Below are positions 38,336-50,109 of a stretch of DNA of 64,000 bases, piece after piece (positions within the stretch are counted from its first letter, which is position 1; the number at the start of each line of letters is the position of its first letter). The translations under genes and the position numbers were made by a program. The DNA comes from Patescibacteria group bacterium (lineage in GTDB: Bacteria > Patescibacteriota > WWE3 > UBA101185 > UBA10185): the NCBI GenBank assembly GCA_042571515.1, contig JBHPHX010000002.1:31164-95163 (forward strand). The letters run 5' to 3'. The notes under the pieces were generated by a model. It saw nothing but the letters and a program-made list of their open reading frames with translations. It did not search any database and had not been told where the DNA came from.

Positions 38336-38968
38336 TTATATCTCCAATTCCCCTTTGTAGATCCAGACTTTGATGCCTACAACCCCGTACAACAACTTAC
38401 AATCTAACTGCGCGTAATCAATATTTGCTCTTAAGGTCTGAAGCGGTACCGGACCATTTCTGAAAGTTTCAGTTCTTGCAATAGTATTACTTCCACTAAG
38501 CAACCCCTTAATTTGAATTTTAATTCCTTTAGCTCCCTTATCCATAGCGGTATTGACAGCTGAGTTAGCTATTCTTCTAGCAGGAATTCTACGTTTAAGC
38601 TGCCTGGAAATATACTGTGCTACGAGCTCCGCTTCAACCTCTGGGGTTTTTATCTCCTCTGCGGTAATCTTTACCTTTGAATTTGTTAGTGACCTAAGCT
38701 CCTTTTCTATAGCCTCAATTCCAGAACCTCCCCTACCAATTACTAAACCGGGTTTTGAAACTTTTACTGTAATTTGAATATCATTAACAGATCTTTCTAT
38801 GTCGATTGTTTTTAAACCAGCCTCACTAAGCTTATCTTTTAGAAATTTTCTAATTTGCTGGTCTTCATAAGCTAGCTTGGCATATGACTTTTTATCTGCA
38901 AACCAGCGAGATTTCCAATCTTTTGATATTCCTAATCTAAACCCATACGGGTGTATCTTTTGACCCAT
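38336..38968 (-). CDS. rpsC: 30S ribosomal protein S3
   Basis: [14 protein letters not shown]...[10 protein letters not shown]. Confidence 0.95.
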   Translation of the reverse strand: MGQKIHPYGFRLGISKDWKSRWFADKKSYAKLAYEDQQIRKFLKDKLSEAGLKTIDIERSVNDIQITVKVSKPGLVIGRGGSGIEAIEKELRSLTNSKVKITAEEIKTPEVEAELVAQYISRQLKRRIPARRIANSAVNTAMDKGAKGIKIQIKGLLSGSNTIARTETFRNGPVPLQTLRANIDYAQLDCKLLYGVVGIKVWIYKGELEI

Positions 38969-38969
38969 A

Positions 38970-39320
38970 TTACTCCTTTTTAACCTCCTTTAAACCAACT
39001 ACAATATGACAACTTCTCTTAAAAATTGGGTTTACTCTGCCTTTTGTAGCCGCTCTCCATCTTTTTAACGTTTGGGCTTCGTTGGCATAAATATCTGAAA
39101 TAATCAAACCTCCAGAGCTTAAACTCAAATTATTTTGAGCATTAGCTTCCGCAGATTTAACCACTTTCAAAATCATTTTTGCAGCCTTTGTGGAATCAAA
39201 AGCCAAAATCTTTTTTGCTTCCATCAAACTTTTTCCTTGTACTAAATCCATAACTACCCGCACTTTTCTTGCAGATATTCGGGCATTATTATGTTTTGCA
39301 TAAACTTGCGCTTTTTCCAT
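38970..39320 (-). CDS. rplV: 50S ribosomal protein L22
   Basis: ARISARKVRVVMDLVQGKSLMEA. Confidence 0.95.
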   Translation of the reverse strand: MEKAQVYAKHNNARISARKVRVVMDLVQGKSLMEAKKILAFDSTKAAKMILKVVKSAEANAQNNLSLSSGGLIISDIYANEAQTLKRWRAATKGRVNPIFKRSCHIVVGLKEVKKE

Positions 39321-39322
39321 TT

Positions 39323-39592
39323 TTATATTTTCTTTTTAGAGGAATGTCCCCTAAAAGTTCTTGTAGGGGCAAACTCTCCTAATTTGTGACCAACCATTGC
39401 CTCATTTACGAGCACTGGAATATGTATTTTGCCGTTGTGAACTTCAAACGTTAATCCCACCATGTCTGGTGTTACTGTGGATCTTCGGGACCAGGTTTTA
39501 ATTGGTGTTCTACTTCCACTTTCTTTGACTTTTTTTACTTTAGCCATTAGTTTCTCATCAACGTATATTCCTTTTTTTAGTGATCTACTCAT
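39323..39592 (-). CDS. rpsS: 30S ribosomal protein S19
   Basis: [12 protein letters not shown]...HNGK...[17 protein letters not shown]. Confidence 0.95.
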   Translation of the reverse strand: MSRSLKKGIYVDEKLMAKVKKVKESGSRTPIKTWSRRSTVTPDMVGLTFEVHNGKIHIPVLVNEAMVGHKLGEFAPTRTFRGHSSKKKI

Positions 39593-40410
39593 CTTTTTAC
39601 CTTTCTTGTAACAATAAATTTATCAGTATTTTTCCTTTTCCTAGTTTTTTTACCACGTGTCTTTTTACCCCAAGGGGTTTTTGGAGAAGGCATACCAATA
39701 CCTGTATCTGAATAGGAACCCCCATGTGGGTGTGCGTCGGTACCCATGGCAACTCCACGTACCGCCGGTCTCCAACCCAAATGCCTTCTTCTACCAGCTT
39801 TTCCAGCTCGAGCATGTCTCAAGTCTGCATTTCCTAATTCGCCAATGGTAGCATAACATTTTAATTGCACTTTTTTAACTTCTCCGCTTGGAAGTTTTAT
39901 GTTTGCATAGGGACTTTCCTTTGCCATGATTGTGGCATAGTTACCAGCCCCACGTGCCATTTGACCACCTCTTCCTGGATTAAGTTCAACATTGTGAATT
40001 CTAGTACTTACCGGAATATCAGCAATAGGGAGAGCGTTACCCAAAGATAGGGGAGATTTAGGACCTGACATGATCTCAGTACCAACTTTCAATCCTTCTG
40101 GGGCAAGAATATATCTTTTTTCACCGTCTGCGTAATTTATTAAAGCAATATCACAACCTCTATTTGGATCATGTTCAATGAAAGCTACTTTACCGGGAAT
40201 ATCAAACTTATCTCTTTTGAAATCAATTATTCGATAAAACTTTTTTGTACCTCTCTGCCTGTGTCTTGTGGATATCCTCCCTTTGCTTCTACCTACGGAT
40301 CCTTTTAGGGGTCTGGTCAGTGACTTTTCTGGGCGCTTTTTGTCCACATCCCTTACCAAAGTTTTCCTACCTCTTATTCCTGGACTTGTTGGACGATACG
40401 TTTTTATCAT
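39589..40410 (-). CDS. rplB: 50S ribosomal protein L2
   Basis: [11 protein letters not shown]...[11 protein letters not shown]. Confidence 0.95.
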   Translation of the reverse strand: MIKTYRPTSPGIRGRKTLVRDVDKKRPEKSLTRPLKGSVGRSKGRISTRHRQRGTKKFYRIIDFKRDKFDIPGKVAFIEHDPNRGCDIALINYADGEKRYILAPEGLKVGTEIMSGPKSPLSLGNALPIADIPVSTRIHNVELNPGRGGQMARGAGNYATIMAKESPYANIKLPSGEVKKVQLKCYATIGELGNADLRHARAGKAGRRRHLGWRPAVRGVAMGTDAHPHGGSYSDTGIGMPSPKTPWGKKTRGKKTRKRKNTDKFIVTRKVKR

Positions 40411-40697
40411 TTGTTACTATAAATATCTAAATTTTCCCCTTCTTTCAACTGCACAACAGCTTTTTTCCATTTTTTGGTTTTTATAAACCTACTTGTTTTG
40501 GGCACTCTTCTCTTTTTGCCCGGCATAATCATAGTACTAACAGAGTCAACTTTAGTTTTGTATAATTTCTCAATTTCTTCTGCTATCCTACCTTTTGAAA
40601 CTTTCATATTTACCCTAAACACATATTTTCCCTCTGACTCTAGTGCCATGGTTTTTTCGGTTACAATGGGTTTTATTATCGCTTTATTTAACTGCAT
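40407..40697 (-). CDS. rplW: 50S ribosomal protein L23
   Basis: IIKPIVTEKT...YVFRVN. Confidence 0.9.
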   Translation of the reverse strand: MQLNKAIIKPIVTEKTMALESEGKYVFRVNMKVSKGRIAEEIEKLYKTKVDSVSTMIMPGKKRRVPKTSRFIKTKKWKKAVVQLKEGENLDIYSNK

Positions 40698-41311
40698 AAT
40701 TTTTTCTCCAGATCTTTAAGTGCATTCTTAGTAAATATCACATTTTTATTTTTTATAATTTCGAAGGCATTTACATTACTAACTAAAGCCGTGGTAACCT
40801 CAGGAATATTTCTTGCACTTTTTGCCACACTTTCGTTTTTCTCTTTTACAACCAATATACTTTTACCTTCTAGTTTTAGTTTTTTAAACATAGCTGCCAT
40901 ATCTTTGGTGCTAGGTTTTTTAAAAGTAAGTTTGTCTAATACTGTTATTTCTTTTTCCTTCGCTTTTTGAGAAAGTGCAACTTTCATGACAAGTTTCTTC
41001 ATTTTTTTTGGCATCTCTAGCCTCCAGCTTTTTGGTTTTGGTCCGTGAGTTATTCCACCGTGCCTCCAAAGTGGGCTTCTTGAAGAACCTGCTCTCGCCC
41101 TGCCTGTTCCTTTCTGTTTCCACGGTTTTTTACCTCCACCAGAAATTTCAGCTCTAGTCTTGGCAGAAGAGGTTCCTTGTCTTTGGTTTGCCAAAAAAAC
41201 TCTAATGTACTGTGTCAAAAGGGCTTGGTTCATTTCCACACCAAACACTTCCTTTTTCAAGGTTATTTCTTCTATTTTTTTACCTTTTTGATCTTTTACA
41301 CTAACTTTCAT
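40688..41311 (-). CDS. rplD: 50S ribosomal protein L4
   Basis: QRQGTSSAKTRAEISGGGKKPWKQKGTGRARAGS. Confidence 0.95.
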   Translation of the reverse strand: MKVSVKDQKGKKIEEITLKKEVFGVEMNQALLTQYIRVFLANQRQGTSSAKTRAEISGGGKKPWKQKGTGRARAGSSRSPLWRHGGITHGPKPKSWRLEMPKKMKKLVMKVALSQKAKEKEITVLDKLTFKKPSTKDMAAMFKKLKLEGKSILVVKEKNESVAKSARNIPEVTTALVSNVNAFEIIKNKNVIFTKNALKDLEKKLCS

Positions 41312-41738
41312 TTATTTTTATAGTTAACTTACCATTTCTAGCGCCGGGCAACGGGCCAGAAACCATAAACTCCCCTTTTTCGGGAGTTACTTTTAAAATT
41401 TTGAGGCCTTTGATTGTAACCTTTTCATTTCCTACCCTACCAGCCATCTTTTTCCCCTTAAGGACTCTGCCCGGAGTCTGGGATCCAATGGATCCTCCGG
41501 ACCTTGGTTTATTTGATTGGCCATGTGTAGCCGGACCCCCTTTAAAACCCCATCTTTTCATAACACCAGTAAACCCTTTACCTTTAGAAAACCCTGTAAT
41601 AGCAACCTTTTTATCCAGCATCTCTTCTGAAAGTTCTGCCTCTGTTTTAACAATGGTGGCAGGGACAACTTTTCCGTTATCCAAAAACATTTGTGTCATA
41701 TTTAGTTTTTTTCCTTTTATTAAAGTCTCCATAAACAT
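41301..41738 (-). CDS. rplC: 50S ribosomal protein L3, unusually short (~145 aa)
   Basis: GKKLNMTQMF...FSKGKGFTGVMKRWGFKGGPATHGQS...GRVLKGKKMAGRVGNEKVT. Start uncertain: GTG 41750, ATG 41738 or ATG 41732. ATG 41738 was chosen because AGGTGG lies 8 nt upstream. Confidence 0.85.
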   Translation of the reverse strand: MFMETLIKGKKLNMTQMFLDNGKVVPATIVKTEAELSEEMLDKKVAITGFSKGKGFTGVMKRWGFKGGPATHGQSNKPRSGGSIGSQTPGRVLKGKKMAGRVGNEKVTIKGLKILKVTPEKGEFMVSGPLPGARNGKLTIKINES

Positions 41739-41847
41739 TAAAGCGCCCACCTGGGCGCCCCAAAAGTAACGAACGTTCCCAAATTCTGGCTATGTTTCTT
41801 TATTTTTCACAAATAGCATTATAACAAGTTTTCCTCGTAAATACGAG

Positions 41848-42171
41848 CTACATTTTAATTGATATCCCTACTCCTGCAGGCAGATTCAACCTTGAGAGAC
41901 TGTCAATAGTTGAACTTGTTGGGTTAATAACATCAACCACTCTCTTATGTGTCTTTAACTCAAACTGTTCCCTTGATCTTTTGTCAATGTGTGGCCCTCT
42001 AATTACTGTGAATCTCTCCGTTTTTGTTGGCAAAGGTACTGGCCCAACAACCTTTGCTCCTGTTCTAATAACAGTATCTACAATTTTAGAACAACTCAAA
42101 TCCATAACTCTACTGTCATAGGCGTTAAGTTTTACTCTTATTTTTGTTTGTTTTGTACCACCTTTTGCCAT
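41848..42171 (-). CDS. rpsJ: 30S ribosomal protein S10
   Basis: [15 protein letters not shown]...FELKTHKRV. Confidence 0.95.
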   Translation of the reverse strand: MAKGGTKQTKIRVKLNAYDSRVMDLSCSKIVDTVIRTGAKVVGPVPLPTKTERFTVIRGPHIDKRSREQFELKTHKRVVDVINPTSSTIDSLSRLNLPAGVGISIKM

Positions 42172-42177
42172 ATTTTA

Positions 42178-42205
42178 ATTAAGTAAAGCCCCGCTTTAGC
42201 GGGGC
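42178..42205 (-). terminator. hairpin/partial terminator (attenuator-like) between tuf and rpsJ
   Basis: On the minus strand, GCCCCGC-UAAA-GCGGGGC (plus-strand coordinates 42188..42205) is followed by UUUACUUAAUU. The U-tract is short, so termination is probably only partial. Confidence 0.45.
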
Positions 42206-42217
42206 CATACCGTCCAT

Positions 42218-43399
42218 TTACTTGGTAACTTTAGTGATTACACCAGCACCTACTGTGTGTCCACCTTCTCTAATAGCAAACTTAAGACCTTCTTCCAGTG
42301 CAACTGGGGTAATAAGTTTTACATTTAGATTTACATTATCTCCTGGCATAACCATCTCTACCCCTTCAGGTAAAGTAATTTCTCCAGTAACGTCTGTGGT
42401 TCTAAGATAGAACTGAGGCCTATAACCACTGAAAAATTGCTTGTGTCTACCACCTTCCTCCTTGGAAAGCACATAAACTTCGGCTTCAAAATCACTATGT
42501 GGGGTTACAGATCCTGCTTTTGCAATAACTTGACCTCTTTCAATATCTTCCCTGTCAACTCCCCTTAGAAGTAAACCAACATTATCGCCAGCCTCACCCT
42601 CTTGCATAGATTTCCTAAACATCTCTACGCCAGTGACAACTGTTTTTGTAGTATCTTTAATACCTACAATTTCTACTTCTTCGTTTACGTTCACTTTTCC
42701 TCTTTCAATTCTACCGGTTGCAACTGTACCTCTACCTTTAATAGAGAAAACATCCTCAATTGGCATTAAGAATGGTTTGTCCAAGTCTCTTTTTGGAGTT
42801 GGTATATATTCATCTACTGCCTTCATGAGCTCTTCAATAGATTTAATTGCTTCTGCATCACCATCCAAAGCCTTTAGCGCAGAACCTTTAATTATTGGTA
42901 TCTCATCCCCTGGGAATCCATATTTGGTTAGAAGTTCTCTTACTTCTAACTCAACCAAATCAATAATCTCTGGGTCCTGTACCATATCTGTTTTGTTCAT
43001 ATACACAACCATTGCCGGAACATTGACCTGGTCTGCCAATAAAATATGTTCTCTGGTCTGTGGCATGGGGCCATCAGGTGCAGAAACTACTAAAATTGCA
43101 CCATCGATTTGAGCTGCACCAGTAATCATGTTCTTGATGTAGTCAGCATGCCCTGGACAGTCGATATGTGCGTAGTGTCGAGCCTCAGTTTCATACTCGA
43201 CGTGTGTAATACTGATTGTAATACCCCTCTCTCTTTCCTCGGGGGCTTTATCAATATTTTCAAATGCGGTATATTCCGCAAGTCCTTTTTCAGAAAGAAC
43301 TTTTGTTATAGCCGCAGTAAGCGTGGTTTTCCCGTGGTCTACGTGACCAATAGTACCAACGTTAACGTGCGGTTTATTCCTAATAAATTCAGCTGCCAT
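42218..43399 (-). CDS. tuf: elongation factor Tu
   Basis: [24 protein letters not shown]...DCPGHADY...NKTD. Confidence 0.98.
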   Translation of the reverse strand: MAAEFIRNKPHVNVGTIGHVDHGKTTLTAAITKVLSEKGLAEYTAFENIDKAPEERERGITISITHVEYETEARHYAHIDCPGHADYIKNMITGAAQIDGAILVVSAPDGPMPQTREHILLADQVNVPAMVVYMNKTDMVQDPEIIDLVELEVRELLTKYGFPGDEIPIIKGSALKALDGDAEAIKSIEELMKAVDEYIPTPKRDLDKPFLMPIEDVFSIKGRGTVATGRIERGKVNVNEEVEIVGIKDTTKTVVTGVEMFRKSMQEGEAGDNVGLLLRGVDREDIERGQVIAKAGSVTPHSDFEAEVYVLSKEEGGRHKQFFSGYRPQFYLRTTDVTGEITLPEGVEMVMPGDNVNLNVKLITPVALEEGLKFAIREGGHTVGAGVITKVTK

Positions 43400-43476
43400 A
43401 TTGTACCTTTCAAATTAATTACGTTTTTATAATAGCAAATTTAACAGAGGTAGTTAACCAAAGTTTTGCCTAAAAA

Positions 43477-45553
43477 TCAAGCTTTTCCTTTAATTATCTC
43501 CTCTGTAATTTGAGCGGGAACTTCTTCATAATGGCTGGGCTCCATGGAAAATCCCGCTCTACCTTGAGTTAGGCCTCTAACTTCAGTAGCATAACCAAAC
43601 ATTTCAGCTAAAGGTACCTTTGCCCTTATAACTGTAGCCTTTCCTTGTACTTCTGTACCTTCAATTTTTCCTCTTTTTCCAGATAAATTACCAATTATAT
43701 CTCCCATATGCTCCTCTGGGGTTACCACTTCTACCTGCATAATTGGCTCTAACAAATACGGATCTGCCTTCCTTTGGGCTTCCCTAAATGCTCCAATTGC
43801 GGCCATTTTAAAAGCCATTTCAGAGGAATCAACCTCATGGAATGATCCATCAAGCAGGATGGCTGCAAAGTCGGTAACAGGGTAACCTGCAATACCTCCA
43901 CTTTCGGCTGCTTCCTTAATACCTTTTTCAACACCAGGAATAAATTCTCTAGGAATTGCACCCCCTACAATTTTGTTAATAAATTCAAGACCTTTTCCTC
44001 TCTCAAGGGGCTCCATCTTAATATATACGTGACCGTACTGACCCCTTCCTCCAGATTGTCTAATGTACTTATTCTCAACTTCCACGGCTTTTTTAATACT
44101 TTCTCTGTAAGCAACCTGGGGTTTGCCTGTGTTTACTTCCACTTTAAACTCCCTTCTCATTCTATCTACAATAATTTCCAAATGCAGCTCACCCATACCG
44201 TATAAAACAGTCTCATTTGTTTCGGGATCCGATTTCACTTTTAGTGTGGGGTCTTCTTCAATAAATTTTTTCAAAACTTCACCAAGCTTATCACGGTCAC
44301 TCTTTGTTTTTGGCTCAACCACAACCCCAATAACTGGTTCCGCAAAGGTGATATTTTCCAAATAAATTGGGTTTTTCTCATCACAAAGAGTATCTCCCGT
44401 TGCGGTATTACTCAAACCAATAACTGCGGCAATTTCCCCAGCCTTTACTTCCTTTACTTCCTCCCTGTGATTTGCATGCATTAACAAGATTCTCCCTACT
44501 CTCTCTTTTTGATCTTTGGTTGAATTCAAAACGTAAGAACCAGATTTTAAAATACCAGAATATACCCTAATATAAGTAAGTCTTCCTACAAATGGGTCTG
44601 TTTGAATTTTGAATGCTAACGCAGCAAAAGGTTCCTCTTCCGTTTCTTCTAAAACGTACTCCTCTCCAGAATCAACTTTGGTTGCAGTTACATTGGTAAC
44701 GTCTTTTGGAGAAGGCAAATAATCTACAACCCCATCTAAAAGTTTTTGAACACCAATATTTCCTAAAGCTGAGCCCGCAAAAACAGGGTAAATTTTGGCT
44801 GCCGTAGTTTGCTTCCTAACACCAGCTTTTACTTCCTCTACGGTCAATTCCTCACCATTTAGAAATTTTTTCAATCAGTTCATCATCACTTTCAGCTACT
44901 TTTTCCACCAAAACAGCCCTATATTTCTCCATTTTCTCTTTCATATCTTCAGGGACAGGTACTTCTTTTACCTCTTCCCCTAATTCCCCACCAAACGTAA
45001 AGGCTTTACGTTCAACCAAATCTATCACTGTGTTAAAACCCTCCTCTATTCCAATTGGTAGTTGCACCGCCACAGCTTTCTTTGTGAGACGATCATCAAC
45101 AGATTTCATAGATTTATAAAAGTCGCCACCTACTTTATCTAATTTATTCATGAAAAAAAGTAAAGGAACACCATATTTTTCAGCTTGTCTATAAACTGTC
45201 TCAGATTGGGGTTCCACTCCTTGAGAAGAATCCAAAAGTATGACAGCACCATCTAATACTCTCAAACTTCTTTCCACTTCTGCCGTAAAGTCAACGTGTC
45301 CTGGAGTATCTATGATGTTTATTCTGCAATCCTGCCAAAAACAAGTAGTCGCAGCACTAGTAATTGTAATTCCACGCTCTCTTTCCTGTTCCATCCAGTC
45401 CATTTGAGTATCCCCCTCATGAACTTCTCCAATTCTGTGGTGCTTGCCGGTGTAATACAAAACTCTTTCCGTAGTAGTGGTTTTTCCAGCATCAATGTGG
45501 GCAATAATGCCTATATTTCTAACTCTTTCAATTGGGTAGTTCTTATTTTCCAT
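43477..45553 (-). pseudogene. fusA: elongation factor G, reading frame interrupted by a single-nucleotide frameshift
   Basis: ORF 44852..45553 carries the N-terminal part of the G domain ([16 protein letters not shown]...DTPGHVDF...NKLD) and ends ...[14 protein letters not shown] 43477..44874 continues ...[17 protein letters not shown]...VDYLPSP. Removing one A from the A6 run (plus-strand T6 at 44866..44871) restores ...[15 protein letters not shown].... Confidence 0.85.
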
Positions 45554-45555
45554 AT

Positions 45556-46023
45556 TTAAAACCTCGCAAAATGGGAAAAAGCACGGTTAGATTCTGCCGT
45601 TTTGTGAGTTTCACCTCTCTTTTTAACAGCATCGCCTGTTCCTTCAAAAGCACCTTGTAGCTCGTTGTACAGTCTATCCACCATGGGAGTACCTTCTTTA
45701 TTTTTGGCTGCATCAATGATCCATCTTATGGCTAGTGCCTCGGACCTATCATGCTTTAGAGGATAAGGAACTTGATACGTTGCACCACCAACTCTTCTTG
45801 ACCTCACTTCCTGAGCTGGCATAACATTCTTCACAGCTTGTTCAAGCATTTTTAACGCTTCTTTTCTGTCCTCATTCAACTTTTCCATTGCTCCGTAAAC
45901 AATGTTTTCAGCAGTTTCTTTTTGTCCCCGCATCATAACAACATTTATCATTCTTGTGACTACACGGGATTTATAAATTGGATCTGCGATTACAGGTCTT
46001 TTTTTTGCGCGTTTAGATCTCAT
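45556..46023 (-). CDS. rpsG: 30S ribosomal protein S7
   Basis: [22 protein letters not shown]... Confidence 0.95.
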   Translation of the reverse strand: MRSKRAKKRPVIADPIYKSRVVTRMINVVMMRGQKETAENIVYGAMEKLNEDRKEALKMLEQAVKNVMPAQEVRSRRVGGATYQVPYPLKHDRSEALAIRWIIDAAKNKEGTPMVDRLYNELQGAFEGTGDAVKKRGETHKTAESNRAFSHFARF

Positions 46024-46427
46024 CCTTTTTTAACTCCATATAGGGATCTTGAACTTTTTCTGCCCGCAACTCCCTGCAAATCATATACACCCCTTACAAT
46101 CGTATACTTTATACCTGGCAAATCTTTTACCCTACCTCCGCGAATCATCACTACAGAGTGTTCTTGTAACCCATGACCTTCCCCTGGAATATAAGCTGTA
46201 ACCTCACGCCTATTGGAAAGCCTAACCCTAGCCACTTTTCTTAAAGCAGAATTTGGTTTTTTTGGTGTTTGGGTCTTTACTTGCAAACATACCCCACGTT
46301 TAAATGGGGATCGGGTTTTTAGATAGCTTCTTCTTTTCGTATTATAAACTTCACCCATTGCTGGGGTTTTAGCCTTTTTTACCTTAGCCTTACGGCTTTT
46401 TCTTATTAATTGGTTTATAGTAGGCAT
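46020..46427 (-). CDS. rpsL: 30S ribosomal protein S12
   Basis: [10 protein letters not shown]...[16 protein letters not shown]. Confidence 0.97.
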   Translation of the reverse strand: MPTINQLIRKSRKAKVKKAKTPAMGEVYNTKRRSYLKTRSPFKRGVCLQVKTQTPKKPNSALRKVARVRLSNRREVTAYIPGEGHGLQEHSVVMIRGGRVKDLPGIKYTIVRGVYDLQGVAGRKSSRSLYGVKKG

Positions 46428-46431
46428 AACC

Positions 46432-49400
46432 TCACTCCAACTTTGCGTCTTCGCCCGAGGGAATTAGTCTTCCTATGATGACGTTTTCCTTGAGCCCAAG
46501 AAGCGAATCGACTCTACCAGAGGCTGCCGCATCGGTCAATACATTACTTGTTTGAATAAAGGATGCTGCTGCTAAAAAGCTGTCACTTACTAGGGAAGAT
46601 TTGGTAATGCCTAAAAGGTGTAATTCTGCAACTGCGGGTTCTCCACCTACAGCCAAAGTTTTTTCATTCTCTTCTTGGAACTTGTCTAAAGATACTATTT
46701 CCCCGCTTAGGAAATCTGTATCTCCACCTTCCTGAATCTTCACATTTTTAAACATTTGTTTAACAATTATTTCAATATGCTTATCGTTTATACTTACACC
46801 TTGAGAAGAGTAAACATTTTGAACTTCGTCTATTAAATACTTTTGTGTTTCCTCTACACCAACAACACTTAGAAGATCCCTCAAATCCAAGTGGCCAGAA
46901 GTTAGTTTTTGTCCCTTTACAACCTTTTCTCCATCCTCAACCAGAATTTCCGAAATTGGATCAACCATATATTCTACTAAATTGTTAGCCTCCGATTTAT
47001 CTTCTCCCATTATAATTATTTTTCTCTCATCCCCAGATTTGATTACACCGGCCTTACCATCAAGCTCACTCATTATTGCCAAAAATTTCGGCGTCCTGGC
47101 CTCTACCAATTCCTCTACTCTTGGTAAACCTTGTGTAATATCTTTTCCTGCAACACCACCAGTGTGGAATGTTCTTAGTGTTAGTTGGGTTCCTGGCTCA
47201 CCAATAGATTGTGCGGCCGAAATACCAACCGCGGCACCAGTGGTAATTTCTTTTCTTGTGTTCATATCAAAGCCATAGCACTTCTTACAAATTCCTCTTC
47301 TGGCCTCACATTTGAGCGGTGATCTGATTAGGATAAACTCATTTTTGGACTCTTCAATTTCCCCGGCTAGTTCTTTTGTGATTAAAGCTCCTCTTCTTGC
47401 AATTATTTTACTTCCCTTTTTAACAGTTTCAACCGTGTACCTGCCGGATATTCTCTCCACGAAAGATTGCAACATAGTCCCTTCACCCACCTTTATTATT
47501 CTTCCCTCTTTAGTACCACAGTCCTCCTCTCTTACAATTACCTCTTGAGACACATCAACTAGTCTTCTAGTTAGATATCCTGCATCAGCAGTTTTTAAAC
47601 CCTTATCAACCAAACCTTTTCTTGCACCACGAGCACTTACAAAATATTCAAGACCTGGAAGACCGGTTTTATAGTTGCTTAAAATAGGCATTAAAACTGT
47701 TTTACCGGTTGGGTCTGCTACAAGCCCAATCACACCAGAAGTTTGGTTAACCTGACTTCTTGAAGCACGAGTGGAACCAGAAGACACAAGTTGTTTGACA
47801 GGATTGTCTTCTTCTAAACCGCCCCACACTGCGTCTCCCACACTATCCACTACTTTATACCAAGCATCTTCTATTAACCTTTCCGCTTCTTGGTTGGTAA
47901 TTAAACCTCTCATTAGATTCTTATCTACTTCGGCTACTGCTTTTCTACCCTTACCCACAAGATCATCAACCTCTTCCGGAATATAAATATCAGAAAGTGC
48001 AACAGACTGCCCAGATCTTGTACCATAATCAAAACCAAGATCTTTCAAATCATCTATTAATTTAACTACAACTTCTTGTGTTTCGGTCTCAAATGCTCTA
48101 GTTAACATTTCTGTAACATTTTTTCTATCCATTGCTTTATTAACAAAACCAAAGGATTCTGGTACCACCTCGTTGAATAACACTCTTCCAGGAGTAGTTT
48201 CCACCATTTTCCCATCTAACATAACCTTTACAGGCTGTCTTAACTCTACAGTTTCCTCCGCACGGAGCGCATAGAGTAACTCTGTCTTGCCAGAAAAGGA
48301 GGTTTCGTGGATTTTATGATTTATGTCTATAGCCGTCATGTAGTAAACACCATAAAGCATAATTTTTGTAGGAATAGACATAGGAGAGCCGTTTGATGGA
48401 TTTAATAAATTTCTCGTGGAAATCATTAGCTCTTTGGCCTCTTTAACAGCTTTTTTAGATAAAGGAACGTGGACTGCCATTTGGTCACCGTCAAAGTCTG
48501 CATTAAATCCAGAACAAACACATAGATGTAACCTAACGGAATTACCCTCAATAAGTTTGGGATAAAATGCCTGAATTCCCAATCTCCAAAGCGTTGGAGC
48601 ACGGTTTAACAAAACCGGATGATCTTCTACCACATCTTCTAAAATATCCCATACCTCAGCACTTTTCTGATCTAAATAAAATCTAGCGCTCTTGACGTTA
48701 GGAGCATACCCTCGGGACATAATTTCTCTTAAAACAAATGGTTTAAAGAGCTCAAGCGCCATTTCTTTTGGAATACCACATTGATTAAGTTTTAGATTTG
48801 GACCATTAATAATTACAGCACGACCGGAATAATCTACTCTTTTACCAAGTAGGTTTAATCTAAAGATTCCTTGCTTACCCTTTATCATGTCGGCCAGGGA
48901 TCTTAGCTCTTTTCTGCCACGAGAAATTCTGGTTTTTCTCCTCTGTTTGGAAGAGTCAAACAATGCATCAACTGACTCTTGCAACATTCTTTTTTCATTT
49001 CTTACAATAATCTCTGGGGCACCAAGATCCAAAAGTCTTTTCAACCTGTTGTTTCTATTAATAACCCTTCTATAAAGGTCATTTAAGTCTGAGGTTGCAA
49101 AGCGGCCACCCTCAAGCTGAACCATGGGCCTAAGATCTGGGGGAATAACTGGGATAGCGTCCAAAACCATTCTACTGGGGGGAATATCTGCTCGTCTAAA
49201 TTGTTCCACGGTGCGCAGTCTTTTTGAAAGCTTAATTGCCTTTTGACCTTTGGCAGTTTCCATATTTTCCCTTAACTGGGCGGATAATTCATGAAGGTCC
49301 AGGCCTTCTAAGATTCCTTTTATAGCCTCAGCACCAATTTCTAATTTACAAAACTTGTGCAAATATTTATATAAACTAATATATTCGTTTTCGGAGAGAA

Positions 49401-50109
49401 CAGTATGAATTTTTACACTCTCAACTTTTTTCTGAATTATTTTATAAGTTTTTTCCTGTTCAACAATTTTCTCGTCGTATGTAGCTTTTAGTGCCTGGAT
49501 CTTTTGTTTTAGTTTGTGGTCTGCCTCCTGCGCTTTTAATTCATCTTTCTTCTTTCCTTTCTTGGCTGGAGCATTTTCTTTTTCCATCACCTTTGCCTGA
49601 TCATCCCTTTCCTTCTCTAAAAGCAGTTTGGACTTCTCAAAATCTTTTTCTACCTGGCTAATTGCCTCCGCCTTCTTTGTGCTATCCACCTCGGTTGCAA
49701 TAAAGGAAGAAAAGTAAATTACAGATTCCACGTTCCTGGGTGAAATATCTAAAAGCAAAGCCATTTTTGATGGAATTCCTCTGAAGTACCAAACATGGGC
49801 CACTGAACAAGCTAATTTTATATGCCCCATTCTCTCCCTTCTCACACGGGAGGTAGTAATTTCCACACCACATTTGTCACAAATTACATTTTTATACCTA
49901 ATACCTTTATACTTTCCACAATAACACTCATAATTTTTCACTGGGCCAAATATTCTTTCGTCAAAAAGTCCGTTTTTTTCTGATTTATAGGTTCTGTAAT
50001 TTATGGTTTCTGGTTTAGTGACCTCTCCATAAGACCAATCCAAAATTTCATCCGTAGAAGCTAAATATATCCTTATAGCATCAAAGTCCCTTAAAATTAA
50101 ATCTTTCAT
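46432..50109 (-). CDS. rpoC: DNA-directed RNA polymerase subunit beta'
   Basis: Zinc motif [22 protein letters not shown]. Catalytic [14 protein letters not shown]. 1225 aa. Confidence 0.98.
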   Translation of the reverse strand: MKDLILRDFDAIRIYLASTDEILDWSYGEVTKPETINYRTYKSEKNGLFDERIFGPVKNYECYCGKYKGIRYKNVICDKCGVEITTSRVRRERMGHIKLACSVAHVWYFRGIPSKMALLLDISPRNVESVIYFSSFIATEVDSTKKAEAISQVEKDFEKSKLLLEKERDDQAKVMEKENAPAKKGKKKDELKAQEADHKLKQKIQALKATYDEKIVEQEKTYKIIQKKVESVKIHTVLSENEYISLYKYLHKFCKLEIGAEAIKGILEGLDLHELSAQLRENMETAKGQKAIKLSKRLRTVEQFRRADIPPSRMVLDAIPVIPPDLRPMVQLEGGRFATSDLNDLYRRVINRNNRLKRLLDLGAPEIIVRNEKRMLQESVDALFDSSKQRRKTRISRGRKELRSLADMIKGKQGIFRLNLLGKRVDYSGRAVIINGPNLKLNQCGIPKEMALELFKPFVLREIMSRGYAPNVKSARFYLDQKSAEVWDILEDVVEDHPVLLNRAPTLWRLGIQAFYPKLIEGNSVRLHLCVCSGFNADFDGDQMAVHVPLSKKAVKEAKELMISTRNLLNPSNGSPMSIPTKIMLYGVYYMTAIDINHKIHETSFSGKTELLYALRAEETVELRQPVKVMLDGKMVETTPGRVLFNEVVPESFGFVNKAMDRKNVTEMLTRAFETETQEVVVKLIDDLKDLGFDYGTRSGQSVALSDIYIPEEVDDLVGKGRKAVAEVDKNLMRGLITNQEAERLIEDAWYKVVDSVGDAVWGGLEEDNPVKQLVSSGSTRASRSQVNQTSGVIGLVADPTGKTVLMPILSNYKTGLPGLEYFVSARGARKGLVDKGLKTADAGYLTRRLVDVSQEVIVREEDCGTKEGRIIKVGEGTMLQSFVERISGRYTVETVKKGSKIIARRGALITKELAGEIEESKNEFILIRSPLKCEARRGICKKCYGFDMNTRKEITTGAAVGISAAQSIGEPGTQLTLRTFHTGGVAGKDITQGLPRVEELVEARTPKFLAIMSELDGKAGVIKSGDERKIIIMGEDKSEANNLVEYMVDPISEILVEDGEKVVKGQKLTSGHLDLRDLLSVVGVEETQKYLIDEVQNVYSSQGVSINDKHIEIIVKQMFKNVKIQEGGDTDFLSGEIVSLDKFQEENEKTLAVGGEPAVAELHLLGITKSSLVSDSFLAAASFIQTSNVLTDAAASGRVDSLLGLKENVIIGRLIPSGEDAKLE

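Noticed and set aside
42633-43112. 159-aa plus-strand ORF antisense to tuf, and similar shadows at 35283..35759, 41401..41769, 33475..33855, 46982..47278 and 52738..53064
   Set aside because: All lie opposite highly conserved ribosomal, EF-Tu or RNA polymerase genes. They give Ser/Thr/Pro/Ile-rich translations typical of antisense frames.
43477-44874. fusA as a genuine two-gene (split) EF-G
   Set aside because: The second ORF has no ATG or SD and begins at a TTG directly after an in-frame TGA. Conserved EF-G sequence continues across the junction once one A is removed, so a frameshift, whether real or artefactual, is the simpler explanation.
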